Position numbers and translations under genes: made by a program
Notes under the pieces: model-generated
Databases searched by the model: none
Seen by the model: only the letters and a program-made list of their open reading frames with translations
Told to the model about the DNA's origin: nothing
Assembly: GCA_002189035.1 (NCBI GenBank)
Contig: NEEC01000015.1
Span: 310,001 to 374,000, forward strand
Source: Utricularia gibba
Lineage: Eukaryota; Plantae; Magnoliophyta
DNA: 64,000 nucleotides
Direction: 5' to 3'
Shown here: positions 14,098 through 25,876 of the stretch, piece by piece
Position numbering within the stretch: position 1 is the stretch's first letter
Layout: each line of letters begins with the position of its first letter

Positions 14098-14518
14098 GGA
14101 GGAATAGCAACGTCACTTTTCGTTCTCTCCTCCGTCTCCTCAAGAACCTGTTCTCTTTGTCGCCGCGGTGTGTTCCGGAGGTATCCCGGCCTTGTTCTTT
14201 CCCTGCTTTCTCCCTTTTGGCTGGGGATTTTTTGCTTGACTGTTGAATTTATTGGTCATGTACTGCTGCAATATGTCTAATGATTCGCCTCTTCTTCTAC
14301 TCAGTGAAAGAGGGTTTCTTCCTTTGGATTCCAGTAGCTGTAGAACCACCAAACCGTGTTCCCAAATTAACTGTCGATCTGGTTAGCTTATTTGATTTCT
14401 AGGTTCAGGGGCGTGATTAGGGTTGATCGAGAAGTTACGGAAAAAAAGATTTTAATTTGTGACTGTTTGCAGGTGTTTATTTCTCGTTGTCTATAGGTAG
14501 GATAGAAAAGAATTATCA

Positions 14519-16385
14519 ATGGATTATGGCTTACCAGAACAAAACCCCGGGTATGGCGAAGAGGAGCCAGAGTATGAAGGGCATTACGAAGCACAAGAGA
14601 GAAATTATGATTCGGTTGATAACGTAGATGATAGTGTAGGCGTGAAGCACGATTCTTCGGCGTCTGCAGGGTTAGTTGTGTTAGTTTAGTTTGTGTCTGC
14701 GGGGTTAGTTGCGTATTATGAGGGGATGAGGTTCAGTGTTCGGGTTCTATCCCCGAAAAAGTGGAGGCATCTGAAAAGGAAATATTGTAACTTTGTGTTT
14801 TTTGTTGTGATAGAAAGCTTTTTGTTGGAGGCATTGCTTGGGATACATCAGAAGGTACTCTTCAGGGTTCTATTTGTTTTCTTGTTTTTTCATGGAATGA
14901 GTTTGAAAACCAGATATTTTCCGACTTTGATGCAACCACCCGTGTGGTTATTTCCCTGTTGAGTATTCAATTCAGTTTTCAGCATTGGATCTTTTTTAAA
15001 ACTTTAGGATGTTTATATTGAAAATTTATACTAGAAATACTGCTGTAAAATTTCACATCTTGTCACATGTATCTGTTTCGTTTTGTGTGCGTGTGTATGT
15101 GTTTTGATTTCATATACTTATAATTGTTCACCCTTCCCCTTTGAAGAGTCATTCCGTAGATACTTTGGAAAATATGGAGAAATTTCTGATTCTGTTATAA
15201 TGATGGATAAGATGACTGGAAGACCAAGAGGATTTGGATTTATAACATTTTCAGACCCAGAAGTTGCTGAAAGGGTTTTACAGGAAGAGCATGTCATCGA
15301 TGGTAGAGGGGTGGGAATTCTTTGTAAAGCTCTGTGTGTTGATGAAATTTTCCCATGACTCTTGTTTTTTTAGCTTCAAGGAGTCATTTAATGAATCTAG
15401 GTTGAAGTAAAGAGAACCGTACCCCGAGAGGACATCCAGGGTAGAGGTGTTTCAAAGACAAAGAAGATATTTGTAGGTGGTTTGCCTTTATCACTGAATG
15501 AAGGTATGGCAAAAAAAATCATAGATGTGATTAGATTAATCTTCTGTGGCTTCACTATGTTTTTATCACAGATGGTTTAAGAGAGTACTTCTCTTCTTAT
15601 GGAAACATTGTGGAGTACCAAATCATGCTGGATCATAAAACTGGCAGGTCTCGGGGTTTCGGATTCGTAACCTTTGAAAATGAAGAAGCTGTTGATAAGA
15701 TATTATCTGATGGTCGAATGCATGAACTCAATGGAAAGCAGGTCAGTTTAGAATGCTCGATACTACTTCTGTTACGTCATAGAAACTTTGTTTACATCGA
15801 CTACACCATGTCCAGGTGGAGATAAAGAGGGCTGAGCCAAAGAGATCCAGCTTTGATTATGCAACTGAAAGTAGGTTTCGTCGTGGTGCTGGTGGTTCAA
15901 GGTCCTCTGGCGCCTTTTCAGGAGCTTTGGAAGGTTTTGGAGGAAGCTACGGTGGTAAAATGGGTAGAGGATATGGTGGTTATGGAAGTTACAACGGATA
16001 TGGTAGCTATGGAAGCTTCCCTGGTAATTATACCGGTGGGCCTTCAGGATTTTACCCAGGCTATGGTGGCTATGGCTATGGTTATGGGTTTGGGAGTGGC
16101 ATGTACAGTGGCGGTGGTGGTGGCGATTATGGAGCAGGAGGTAGTAGTGGGTTTGGCGGTCCTATGGGTTATGGTGGAGGTTCTGGGTATGGTGTTGGCA
16201 GGGGATTCGGAGGCCCAGACGACAGATATGATGATGGCAAAGGATACGGGGGTGGCGGCAGTGGCAGCGGCGGTGGGGGGTTCGGTCCTGTGAAAGGCTA
16301 TGGCACCGGCTCCAGTGGCTATGCCGCCGGTAGAGGGTATGGGGCGGCCGCCATGGGGAGCAGGTTCCATCCATACCGGAAGTGA
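14519..16385 (+). CDS. hnRNP A/B-like RNA-binding protein: two RRMs, Gly/Tyr-rich tail, PY-NLS-like end
   Basis: ATG 14519 MDYGLPEQ. RNP2 KLFVGGIAW and KIFVGGLP; RNP1 RGFGFITF and RGFGFVTF; GY-rich last exon ending RFHPYRK* at 16385. Confidence 0.93.
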
Positions 16386-18583
16386 GATCTCTCACCGGGT
16401 AAACTACTAGGTAACTAAGTAGCCCTCTGTGTCGGACAATGCTTCCCTCTTCTGTTGAACAATCTTGGATCAGTTGGGTTGCAACGTGTACTCGTCACTC
16501 CAAAAATGTAGTCTTTTTTTGCTATTCCTGCGTTGTGAAAATGACTCTTTCAAGTGCTGCTTCCCACAATATACAGGCATTACAGGCCATGGGGCGAACC
16601 AGCCCGCAGCCTTGTGTGTTCCGGTGCATCATCATCAGCATGCTGTAATCTGATGTGTCATTTTCCCCAAACTAATTTCGAATAAGAGGAATAGTTAAAC
16701 AAGGAGTTGAGATTTGTGATAAGAATGTGCAGATTTAAAGGGGAAGGTCGTGGTCCCCGTGGTGGACCATGGCGCCATGAGAAAAGAATTTGTCACATTT
16801 ATGGTTCCATCATCACGTACTGGTCTTAATTACAAGATAGGATAGGCGTACAGAGCAACTCACTCACTCCCTAGAAGTATAGGTAAAGGCTATACCACAT
16901 ACTGCCTGCCCTTGTTGTTCCTCGCCCACCATCCCCAACACGCAACGGCCAACGCCTCTGTACATGTACTCCACTCCACACAGAGTGGGAGAGAGAGACT
17001 GCCCTGCCCTACCCTGCCCTTGCGCCCAACTCCTTGGAAAAGAAAAAAATGATAAAAATAAAGGAGTGGATGAGTGAGGGGAAAGATGGGGATGTGAGTC
17101 AGCATCTTCTGATATCACCATCTGGGAGGAGTACTTAGTGTGTGGATTGATGATATTAATGGTCCTTAATCCCTGAATTGATTGATGCCCCCCCTCCCCA
17201 TTAGTCCCGCCCCCATCGTCTCCCGGCTTATTGGTACGACTGTAGTGATCAACATCTCATTCAGTCTCAAAATGTGACTTGTTTTGTAGCCAGGTTTATT
17301 GGGATCAATCCGATCCAATCCAACCCAATCCAGGTGCTCCCTTTTCACCAAGAATGTGAATTGTGAAGAGGCTTCATGAGATGGATGCATAGATATGTGG
17401 GCAGAGGGTGTGTGTATGTGTGTTTGCTCGCCGGAGATATCTTCTAGCAAGCGATGACCAGCTCCATGCTGGGGGTCAAAGACAAGGGAATGGACCAGAG
17501 GCATCATTCCATCTAAGAAGCGTCATTCGAGGAGGGGGCGGAGGAGCATGGTCCAGTCTTTTTCCTCACAAGTCACCACCACCACTGTGGCTCTCTTAGT
17601 ACCACACACAAATTGATCTCTCCATAAAACTAAGTTTTCACCTCTTGTCGCTTCTGTGTTCCCAAGATTATTCCCCCCTCTCCCACCCCAGACCAACCCC
17701 TCTGCTACACCGCCTCCCCGCCAAAACTCATCTCCCTCCTCCAGTTCATCCATCCCCTGGGCTCCGCCTCCTTTTTCCCTGGATTCAAAGTGTCCCCGGG
17801 GTGAGCTTTTTCAAACCCTGGATTCACCAGAAAAGGGGCCAATGTCCGAACCCTAGAAAAACCCTATTACGCGTTTATTTACCTACAAAATAATATTATT
17901 ATTGTTATTTTAGGAGGAGTTAATGAAGCTCGGGAATGGCTTCTGATTTACACTTGAGGGACATAAATGGAAACTTAATTACGTATTAATTAACAAACTA
18001 ACCACCCCCCGGGTAGGAGAGGAGTCGGCATCTGGGTGCGCTAACGGACCGAAACGGCGTCGTTTTCAACATCCAATGATTCCCCCCACGCCTTTGTTTC
18101 CCATCTATGGCCCAAATGTACCGCGATGTTTTGCTTTTAGCGTTTTGCACCCCATGCTTCCCGAAAATGCCATTTGGAACTCCCAACTTTACGAATTAGA
18201 CGGCCGACGTCGGGGTGGTTTTGCTGAGCTCGCTAAAATGTGGGGCGATTCCTGCAATTTTCCAATTCTTAGAAAGTCAAATATGTGGGGTTTTAAGTTT
18301 TAAAATAATAATAATAAAACAAAATTTAGAGACGGATAAAACGGTCATTTCCTTCATTGACTAAAACTCCCCACCCAACGCTCTTCTCCTCTTTCGTTTT
18401 CAGTATTTATAGAGAAGCTCAATCCATGGCTGCAACCTCTTAAGCTTCGAGAATGGCTTCCTCTCGGTCACCACCACCATCTTGTATACTTCGACTAATT
18501 CTTTTGAAGCATATCCAGAGCAGTTAATGCGATTCGCTTGAGGTTTTTTTGAGTGTGTTTTTTTCTTGTTCCGGTGCCGGAAG

Positions 18584-20751
18584 ATGACGGATGCCGGCGT
18601 GCCGAGGCGTTTTTTAGGCGTCAGGACTCCGATCACAGGGAAAAGGATTTACATTGTGATATTCGTTCCATTGGCGATCGGATTCGTTGTTTTCTTGGTG
18701 ATTTTCTTGTTTCTTCGTGATCGGCGATCCAAGCGGAGATGCGGTGAGATTGGGCGGAGGTTAGGGCGTCTACCGTTCGTGTGCAAGGAGTTCGTTAAGA
18801 GCGCGAACGAGAAGCAGCCGAGTGTTATTGGTTCGACAGAAATGAGCAATGCTTTCGTGATTGGGAATGTGGCGCCTGGGGGACGGCTGAAGCTGGGAGC
18901 AAGGTTGGGAGTTCGGAGAGTAAGGAATCGACTACTACGCGTAGCGACTCTTCATCGGCAATCTCAGCTTCTACTGATGGTTTGGGGAATTTTGGCTGGG
19001 GTAGATGGTATAGCTTAACAGAGCTTCAAATTGCTACAAATCAGTTTTGTAGAGGGAACGTGATTGGCGAAGGAGGGTATGGTATTGTCTATCGTGGAGT
19101 GTTCCCGGATGGCTCGATCGTCGCCGTTAAGCATCTTCTGAACAAGAAGTAAGTTTATGATAAGCTGATCGAAGGTTTAATGTCTGCCTTGATTGGGAAT
19201 TTCTTCTTTCTAATGAAAAACTTGCTTCATCTTTCATCTATCGCGTGTTTGGTGGGATTCTCCGGTTGGATCTGCATGTTGCAAGCTTTATTTTGTAAAA
19301 GGTTCTGTCTTTAAACAAACATTGGCAAACTTTGTACCTTTGAATTAACTCCACTTTAACTGTTTGCAGTTGTGTGTTTGGACCGCGCTCTTATCTTGAA
19401 GAATCTTTTCTTTCCCCCCATGTTTTCTCAGATTAGATGCCCTTTTCCTACAGTGTCTTTATTTCAATAGAGCAGTGCAGTCTCCCTCAAATTCTGTTTT
19501 GTGGTAATTTGATCTGTTAGACTGCTAAGACGTGATGAACTGCAGGGGACAAGCCGAGAAGGAGTTCAAGGTAGAGGTTGAAGCCATTGGAAAAGTTAAA
19601 CACAAAAATCTCGTGAGTCTGCTCGGGTACTGTGCAGAAGGTGCTCAAAGGTTAAAAACCACATGTCCTACCTTTTAGTTTGCTTCATCTGTGTCACCTT
19701 CGCATGATTGATCTTTGGTTTTGCACTACGATCAGATTACTCGTATACGAGTACGTCAACAATGGCAACTTGGAGCAGTGGCTCCACGGTGATGTTGGTC
19801 CTTTGAGCCCCCTAACTTGGGAGATCCGCATGAAAATTGCCATTGGCACAGCCAGGGGGTGAGCTTGATGCCATAATTGTCTGTCCTGCTCCTAGTGTTG
19901 TTCAGGATTATGTTCATTTGAATTACATTGCATTACCCCTGTTTCAGATTAGCATACTTACACGAAGGGCTAGAGCCCAAAGTGGTACACCGTGACGTGA
20001 AATCAAGCAACATTCTTCTAGACAGGAAATGGAATGCCAAGGTCTCAGACTTTGGACTTGCGAAGCTCTTAGGACCAGATAAAGGTTACGTTACAACCCG
20101 AGTAATGGGAACTTTTGGGTAAGTTTACACAGTCGCTTCATCAAATTCAAATCATAATAGCACTCACAGGTTCTGTCACTGCAGATACGTCTCACCGGAT
20201 TATGCTAGCACAGGCATGCTAAATGAAGGGAACGATGTTTACAGCTTCGGAGTTCTCCTTATGGAGATCATCACAGGGAGGCAACCTGTAGATTACTCCA
20301 AACCACCTGGAGAGGTGAACCATTAAGCCCACTACTGATCTCATCCTAATCATCATTTACAATTCTAACCAACCCATTTCGATTTCAGATGAATTTGGTG
20401 GATTGGTTCAAAGGGATGATTTCAAGCCGTAGAAGTGAAGAGCTGGTCGACCCTTTGATGGAGGCCCCCCCTCTCCACGAGCCTTGAAGAGAGTTCTCCT
20501 CATCTGCCTTCGTTGCATCGACATTGACGCCCACAAAAGACCCAAAATGGGCCAGATTGTTCACATGCTCGAGGCTGATGAACTATCCTATCGCTCAGTA
20601 AGCATCACCAATCAACCTTATTTACACCTCCCTCCCTCCCCCTCTCTCTCCTTCCACCTTCTGATCTGTGAGCAATGTTCAGGAAGCTGGGTCACTTCGA
20701 GAGACAGCACCTGTGCATTTCCAGTCCTGCGGCGACCGGTCCGGCCGATAA
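18584..20751 (+). CDS. Membrane-anchored receptor-like (cytoplasmic-type) Ser/Thr kinase; exon 1 has a 1-nt frameshift in this sequence
   Basis: N-terminal TM segment, then [69 protein letters not shown] and [12 protein letters not shown]; stop 20751. The kinase frame is offset by one base from the ATG frame between ~18800 and ~18910. Confidence 0.9.
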
Positions 20752-21310
20752 CCACCGCCTTAGAAGGTGCGTGCATGTACGTATGTTCTCTGTTCATAGT
20801 AAGTACTCCACTCCCCCAAGTAGTCAACACTCATTTATTCGCAAGATCAGATCCCTGACCTTCACTGCTTCCATCCATGGAATGCCATGAAACAAGCAGA
20901 CCAATACAAAAGTGATGCTAATTAGGACACCAACCAACCCAATCATTTAATCCCACGTGTGTTTGTTTGCTTTTCCTTTTACTAACCTTTGCCTTCTTGC
21001 ATCCCAATTCCCATGTGTGTGCCGTTGTACTGCCTATTAATGAAGTACATTCAGAGGGGTGAAAGTGGTGAAACCCAAATGCCGCATCCGCCTTTTCCGG
21101 GACACATAGAAAGATGCCAGTACAGTGCAGTACACTCTACCATGTACTCCACATTAGGTTAAAAACTTAAACTCCAATCTGTCACTATTTACTCCGCGGT
21201 AATCCGGTGAATGAGAATTTACAGTCCATTAACAATGGCGAAGTACAGCAATGAAGTCATTGGGTGCCACAATTTCAATGGGGCGGCGCGCCTCCGCCGC
21301 GGCGCATCAT

Positions 21311-22310
21311 CTACTGGGAGTTCCCGTGAGTGGAGCGCGTGAACTCGCCCGTGGCTCCAAGCTCGCTGCTGGTGTACTCTTGGCTCGAGGTTGTCGTTGT
21401 CCCTCCTCTGTAATGCCTGTACTCGAAATCCGAGCTGCTGCTCGACCCCAGCAACGCGCTCTGCCCCGGCCTCACGCCGTCGTGGAGATCGTCTAACGAC
21501 GCGTCTCCCTCCAGTGCCCGGACTATCTGTTTCCGCATCCGTATAGAATAAATCAGGTGCTGTTGAAATAGGAGATGTGGGTAGTGAGTTACCTGGCTCA
21601 TTTTGGGGCGCCGGCGAGCGGATTGGCGAATGCAGGCGGCGGCGCAAGAGACCATACGAAGCATCTCATGGGGATCGTAGTTTTGGCCGAGCTTGGGGTC
21701 CACCAGTTCCTCGTAGCTTCCTCCTTCTGTGACCCTCATCAAGATCGGCCTCGCCTGCACCACGCACACACTCGAATAACACCGGCAGCAGCAGAAACAA
21801 CTCACTGTAACAGACACGACGGCGCGTACGTACCCAGTCGACCAACGTGTCATCCTCGTCGTCCACACGACTGATGTCGATCGGCCGCCGTCCCGTGATC
21901 AGCTCCAGAAGCATGATTCCGTACGAGTAGACGTCGGACTTCTCAGTCAACTTCCCCGACGATGCGTACTCCGGTGCCAAGTACCTACCCCCGTTCAATA
22001 ATCGTGGCCAATCATTTTCAACAATATTCTTTTTTTCAAAAAATAAAATAAATTCAAATGCAGTATTACCCAAATGTCCCCATTATTCTAGTGGATACGT
22101 GCGTGTTGGTGTCCGAGGACAGCTTCGCCAGTCCGAAGTCAGCTACCTGCATTTTTATTACATTAAAAAATCATTTTTTTCATATAAAAAAAAAGAAAAA
22201 GAAATTTTGCATGCCTTGGCCTCAAAGTTGTCATCTAGTAGAATATTGGCAGCTTTGATATCTCGATGAATGATACGAGGATGGCCTGAATATTATAATA
22301 ATTAGTTATT

Positions 22311-22357
<47 letters not shown>

Positions 22358-23752
22358 TGGGAATAAAAAATAGGTTACAGTCTTCGTGAAGGTATGCGAA
22401 TCCTTTGGCGGACCCGAGAGCAATCCGAAGCCTTGTAGCCCAATCCATTGAAGGAGTACGGCCGCCTGCAATTTCAAATATTTTAGTATTTTTTTAATGA
22501 AAAATATTCTGTTAGTGAAAAGGGGGTGTACCGTGGAGGTGATGCTCGAGGGTATTGTTGGAAACGAATTCGTACACCAGCATTCTTTGATTTCCGGCGA
22601 TGCAATAACCGACGAGGGAGACGAGGTGGCGGTGGTGGACGCGGCTGATGATCTCCACCTCCGCCTGGAACTCCCTTTCGCCTTGCCCGCTGTTGGCCTT
22701 CAGGCTTTTGACCGCGACTTCCTTCCCGTTGGGGAGGACGCCCTTGTGCACGAACCCGAACCCGCCCTGGCCTAATAGATTCGCGGCCGAGAAACCGTTT
22801 GTCGCCGCCGCGAGGTCGTTGTAGGTGAAGCTGCTCTGGTTGAAACCCAGTACGACGGTGGGGTGCGGCGGAGGGAGGGCGGGGTGGTGGGGTCCGGAGA
22901 AACCGGCGGAGCTCATGTCGCTGCTGCACATCATCGGAGGTGGAGGAGGCGGCGGGGCGATCCAGTTCTGCTCCGAGCTGACTCCGGCGCTCCCGGGAGG
23001 TGGTGGGAGTTTGGACATGCCGCTGTTCTGCCAATTTCCAGTGGATTGACCGCCGTAGTAGTCGCCGGCACCGCCGGGGCGAGCAGCTGATCGAAAACTA
23101 CAACGTTTCATTGACTGCCATTTCCGGTAAAATCTTATGAATCACGTAGGTACGTACCCATGTTCGGGTGGGATTCGGGATAGTATTCCATGTGGTTGTC
23201 ACTGGGACGTCGTTTCTTCCTCCGGCAACAGCATACGAAGATGACGATCATGAGTAGGAGGAGGAGTCCTGCGCCAGCAGCCGCACCGGCGATGATTGCT
23301 CTCTCGTGACCTTCATTCGACGAGGAAGACCCGCCGTTTCCCGAGGAATGGTTTCTAGACCGCGGCGGTGCCGGCGCAAGCCGTGAATCACTATCCGGCG
23401 ACCCAGACCTACGTGATGACTCTGGCAGAAGCGGCGGGGGTGGGGAATATGCATCACCGTTGTCCTCACCATCAGGTGGAGGTGGCGAATTATCCGAATC
23501 GGAGTCTGCACTTTCCGGCGGAGGTGGAGGTGGAGAAGCTGCATCATCCGACGTGGGCGGCGGCGGCGACTCATCCGACGACGGAGGAGGTGGTGGCGAA
23601 GATGACTCCGAGTCCGTATCCTCGGGCGGCGGAGGTGTTGCTGACCCTGAAGATTCAGGCGGCGGAGGAGAAGAATCCCCTGACTCCGGCGGTGGCGGAG
23701 ACGAGTCAGATGACCCCGTCGGCGGCGGAGATGAGGCAGAATCGGACGACAT
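21311..23752 (-). CDS. PERK: Proline-rich extensin-like receptor kinase (PERK)
   Basis: Ser/Pro-rich ectodomain from ATG 23752, [26 protein letters not shown], juxtamembrane [23 protein letters not shown], and kinase motifs [47 protein letters not shown] and [19 protein letters not shown]; stop 21311. Confidence 0.95.
22312..22353. repeat. (TAA)14 microsatellite in a PERK intron
   Basis: 14 perfect TAA units counted. Confidence 0.95.
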
Positions 23753-24943
23753 CCTGAAAAGCCCCCCTTCCCTTCTCTACAAGGAAACACACAACAGAAC
23801 AGAAACCCAACTACAGAAGAAAATTCACAAGGGCGCGGGCGCTTCCTCCTCACCGTACGGAGAAGGGCAGGCCGAAGAGGAGACTCAACACGCGCATCCC
23901 CAATACTTTCAAAAAATAGAATTAATAAAAATGTAAACAAATATTAGGAGATATATTTGCCCCCTTAATCTCCTCAAAAGGCGCCCAATGAGCTGTTTTA
24001 TTTCCTATTTTTGGGAAAATAAAATTGTTTTATTATTATTGTTATTATTTAGTATATCGACCGTACGATACTCCGTAGCACCTGCAGCAGCGCACCGTCA
24101 ATGTCAGGGGGGGTTTCAGCCGGTTCCTTTTTAGATTATTATCAATCATTTTAATTAATTATAATTTAATTTTGGATGTGTCATGAGGAATACAGGGGTC
24201 ATTTAGAAAATTGAGAATTTGTACTTTTTACCTCACAGATTACAACTTCATTTTTATGGATATAGTTTGTCAGTCACACTTCAAGTTAATGTCATCATAA
24301 ACAGTTTAATCCCTAATTTTCAAAATTATATTATAGAATTTTCAATTTATTTTTTTATAAATAGTTTGATTTCGAATTTATGAAATTTTATATTTAATCC
24401 TTGATGTTGTGGTTTTCTGTTGCACGATTTTGATAATTGTTTGGATATTTATTGTATATTTAATTTCTAATACTTAGGTATTAATTGTATATTTAACTTC
24501 TCATTTTGGTTTATTTTTAAAAATTTTAAAAACTCTTTAGATTATTATTGTACAATTTTGACAACTTGAGATGTTTTTTTTTTACAATTTTGAAACTTGA
24601 GAATCGATTAAATTCAAAACCGATAATTTATATGAATTGATTATAAATTGTTTAGATCCAAATTCAATTTCGTCGAAATCAATTGGGGTTTCGATTCATG
24701 AAGATATTTCCAATTGACTCGTCTATCGACCCGTCCCGGACGAAGGAAGAGAGAAATGTAGTGCGCGGACCGGGGGACATTTACGAACTAACCACACGCT
24801 TTTTGAAAGCGGTAGAAAAAAAAGGGATAGGGTAAATTAGTTTGTTGAGGGATGGTAAAAGTATGCGTGTTCATGTATTTAGACAGTCAGTTTTAGAGAG
24901 AAAACAACACATTCTGTGTATCTCTCTTCCCGAGAGGAGGAAT

Positions 24944-25876
24944 ATGGGCAGCGGCACTGATACGCCGTGCAACATTTTTAGGGATGCTCCGCCGCCGCCG
25001 CCGCGTCTGACGGAGGAGGACCAATCCAGGAGGGATTCCCTGAGGTGTGACGGCAGTTTTCTGACGCTCGGCCCGTCCACGGAGTTGAGTCTCAATCTCT
25101 CGTCACTGTCGCAACTCCGGAATCCAGTGCCGGGGAGAAGTGTGAGACCACTGGAGTGGTTAAATCTTAATCTGTCTCCACCGAGGGAGTGGACATCGGG
25201 GAGTCTGTTCGCGTCAACACCCCTACAAAGACCCTCTGACGGTTCCCCCATATTGCGGTCGCGGTCGCGATCCCGGTCACCGGCGGGGCCGCTTCCCTCT
25301 TTCCGTCCGCCCCAGATAATCCCGACAGCCCGCCGCGCCCCTTTAAAACTCATCGCCAAAGGCAAGTCCGAAACCATTGAGCCTCCCTTCCCATGGGCAA
25401 CCAATCGGCGGGCGACGGTGCATGCGCTGTCACATCTTCTCTCCCAAGGCGTGACGTCGATCAGCGGCGAGGTGCAGTGCAGGAAATGCGACCGCGTGTT
25501 CACAATCCAGTACGATCTGCGGACCATGTTCCGGGAGATCGCCACCTTCGTCGCCCTCGAAAAGGACTCGATGCTCCAACGCGCCCCGGAGCATTGGGAG
25601 AATCCCACCCTCCCGCCCTGCGAGTTCTGCAAGACCGAGGACGCCGCCCGCCCCCTGATCGCCCCCAAGAAGCGGAACATCAACTGGCTGTTTCTGTTCC
25701 TGGGTACGCTTCTGGGGTGCTGCACTCTCAGCCAACTCAAGTACCTCTGTAAACACACCTACAACCACCGTACCGGAGCCAAGAACCGGGTACTCTTCTT
25801 GGCGTATCTGGCCATGTGCAATCAGCTTAATCCTGACCCCGCCTTCCAACTCGGTAACGTACTGTGTTTTTCCTGA
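24944..25876 (+). CDS. Single-exon plant protein of unknown function with conserved Cys-rich C-terminal domain (DUF7086-like)
   Basis: Pro/Arg-rich N-terminus, then PFPWATNRRATVH, CxxC pairs (CRKC, CEFC), INWLFLFLGTLLGCCTLSQLKY and NHRTGAKNRVLFLAYL, recalled as a conserved plant family; first ATG 24944. Confidence 0.8.
   Translation: MGSGTDTPCNIFRDAPPPPPRLTEEDQSRRDSLRCDGSFLTLGPSTELSLNLSSLSQLRNPVPGRSVRPLEWLNLNLSPPREWTSGSLFASTPLQRPSDGSPILRSRSRSRSPAGPLPSFRPPQIIPTARRAPLKLIAKGKSETIEPPFPWATNRRATVHALSHLLSQGVTSISGEVQCRKCDRVFTIQYDLRTMFREIATFVALEKDSMLQRAPEHWENPTLPPCEFCKTEDAARPLIAPKKRNINWLFLFLGTLLGCCTLSQLKYLCKHTYNHRTGAKNRVLFLAYLAMCNQLNPDPAFQLGNVLCFS

Noticed and set aside
15853-16395. Alternative-frame and antisense ORFs over the RRM tail
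   Set aside because: Produced by low-complexity GGN/TAY codons of the Gly/Tyr-rich domain.
17331-17352. Partial miR159/319-like site GGTGCTCCCTTTTCACCAA
   Set aside because: Four consecutive mismatches in the critical region; neither a target nor a mimic geometry.
23248-23940. Several long plus-strand Gly/Arg-rich ORFs
   Set aside because: Antisense read-outs of the Pro/Ser-rich PERK ectodomain.
24150-24720. Very AT-rich spacers (also ~28.4-29.0, 39.2-39.8, 48.6-48.8 and 59.4-60.0 kb) as possible MITE/Helitron remnants
   Set aside because: No terminal inverted repeats, target-site duplications or internal copies identifiable by eye; a repeat-library search would be needed.
24871-25849. Long antisense ORFs (295 aa, 139 aa) opposite the DUF7086-like gene
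   Set aside because: Shadow frames of a GC-rich exon; no recognisable motifs.
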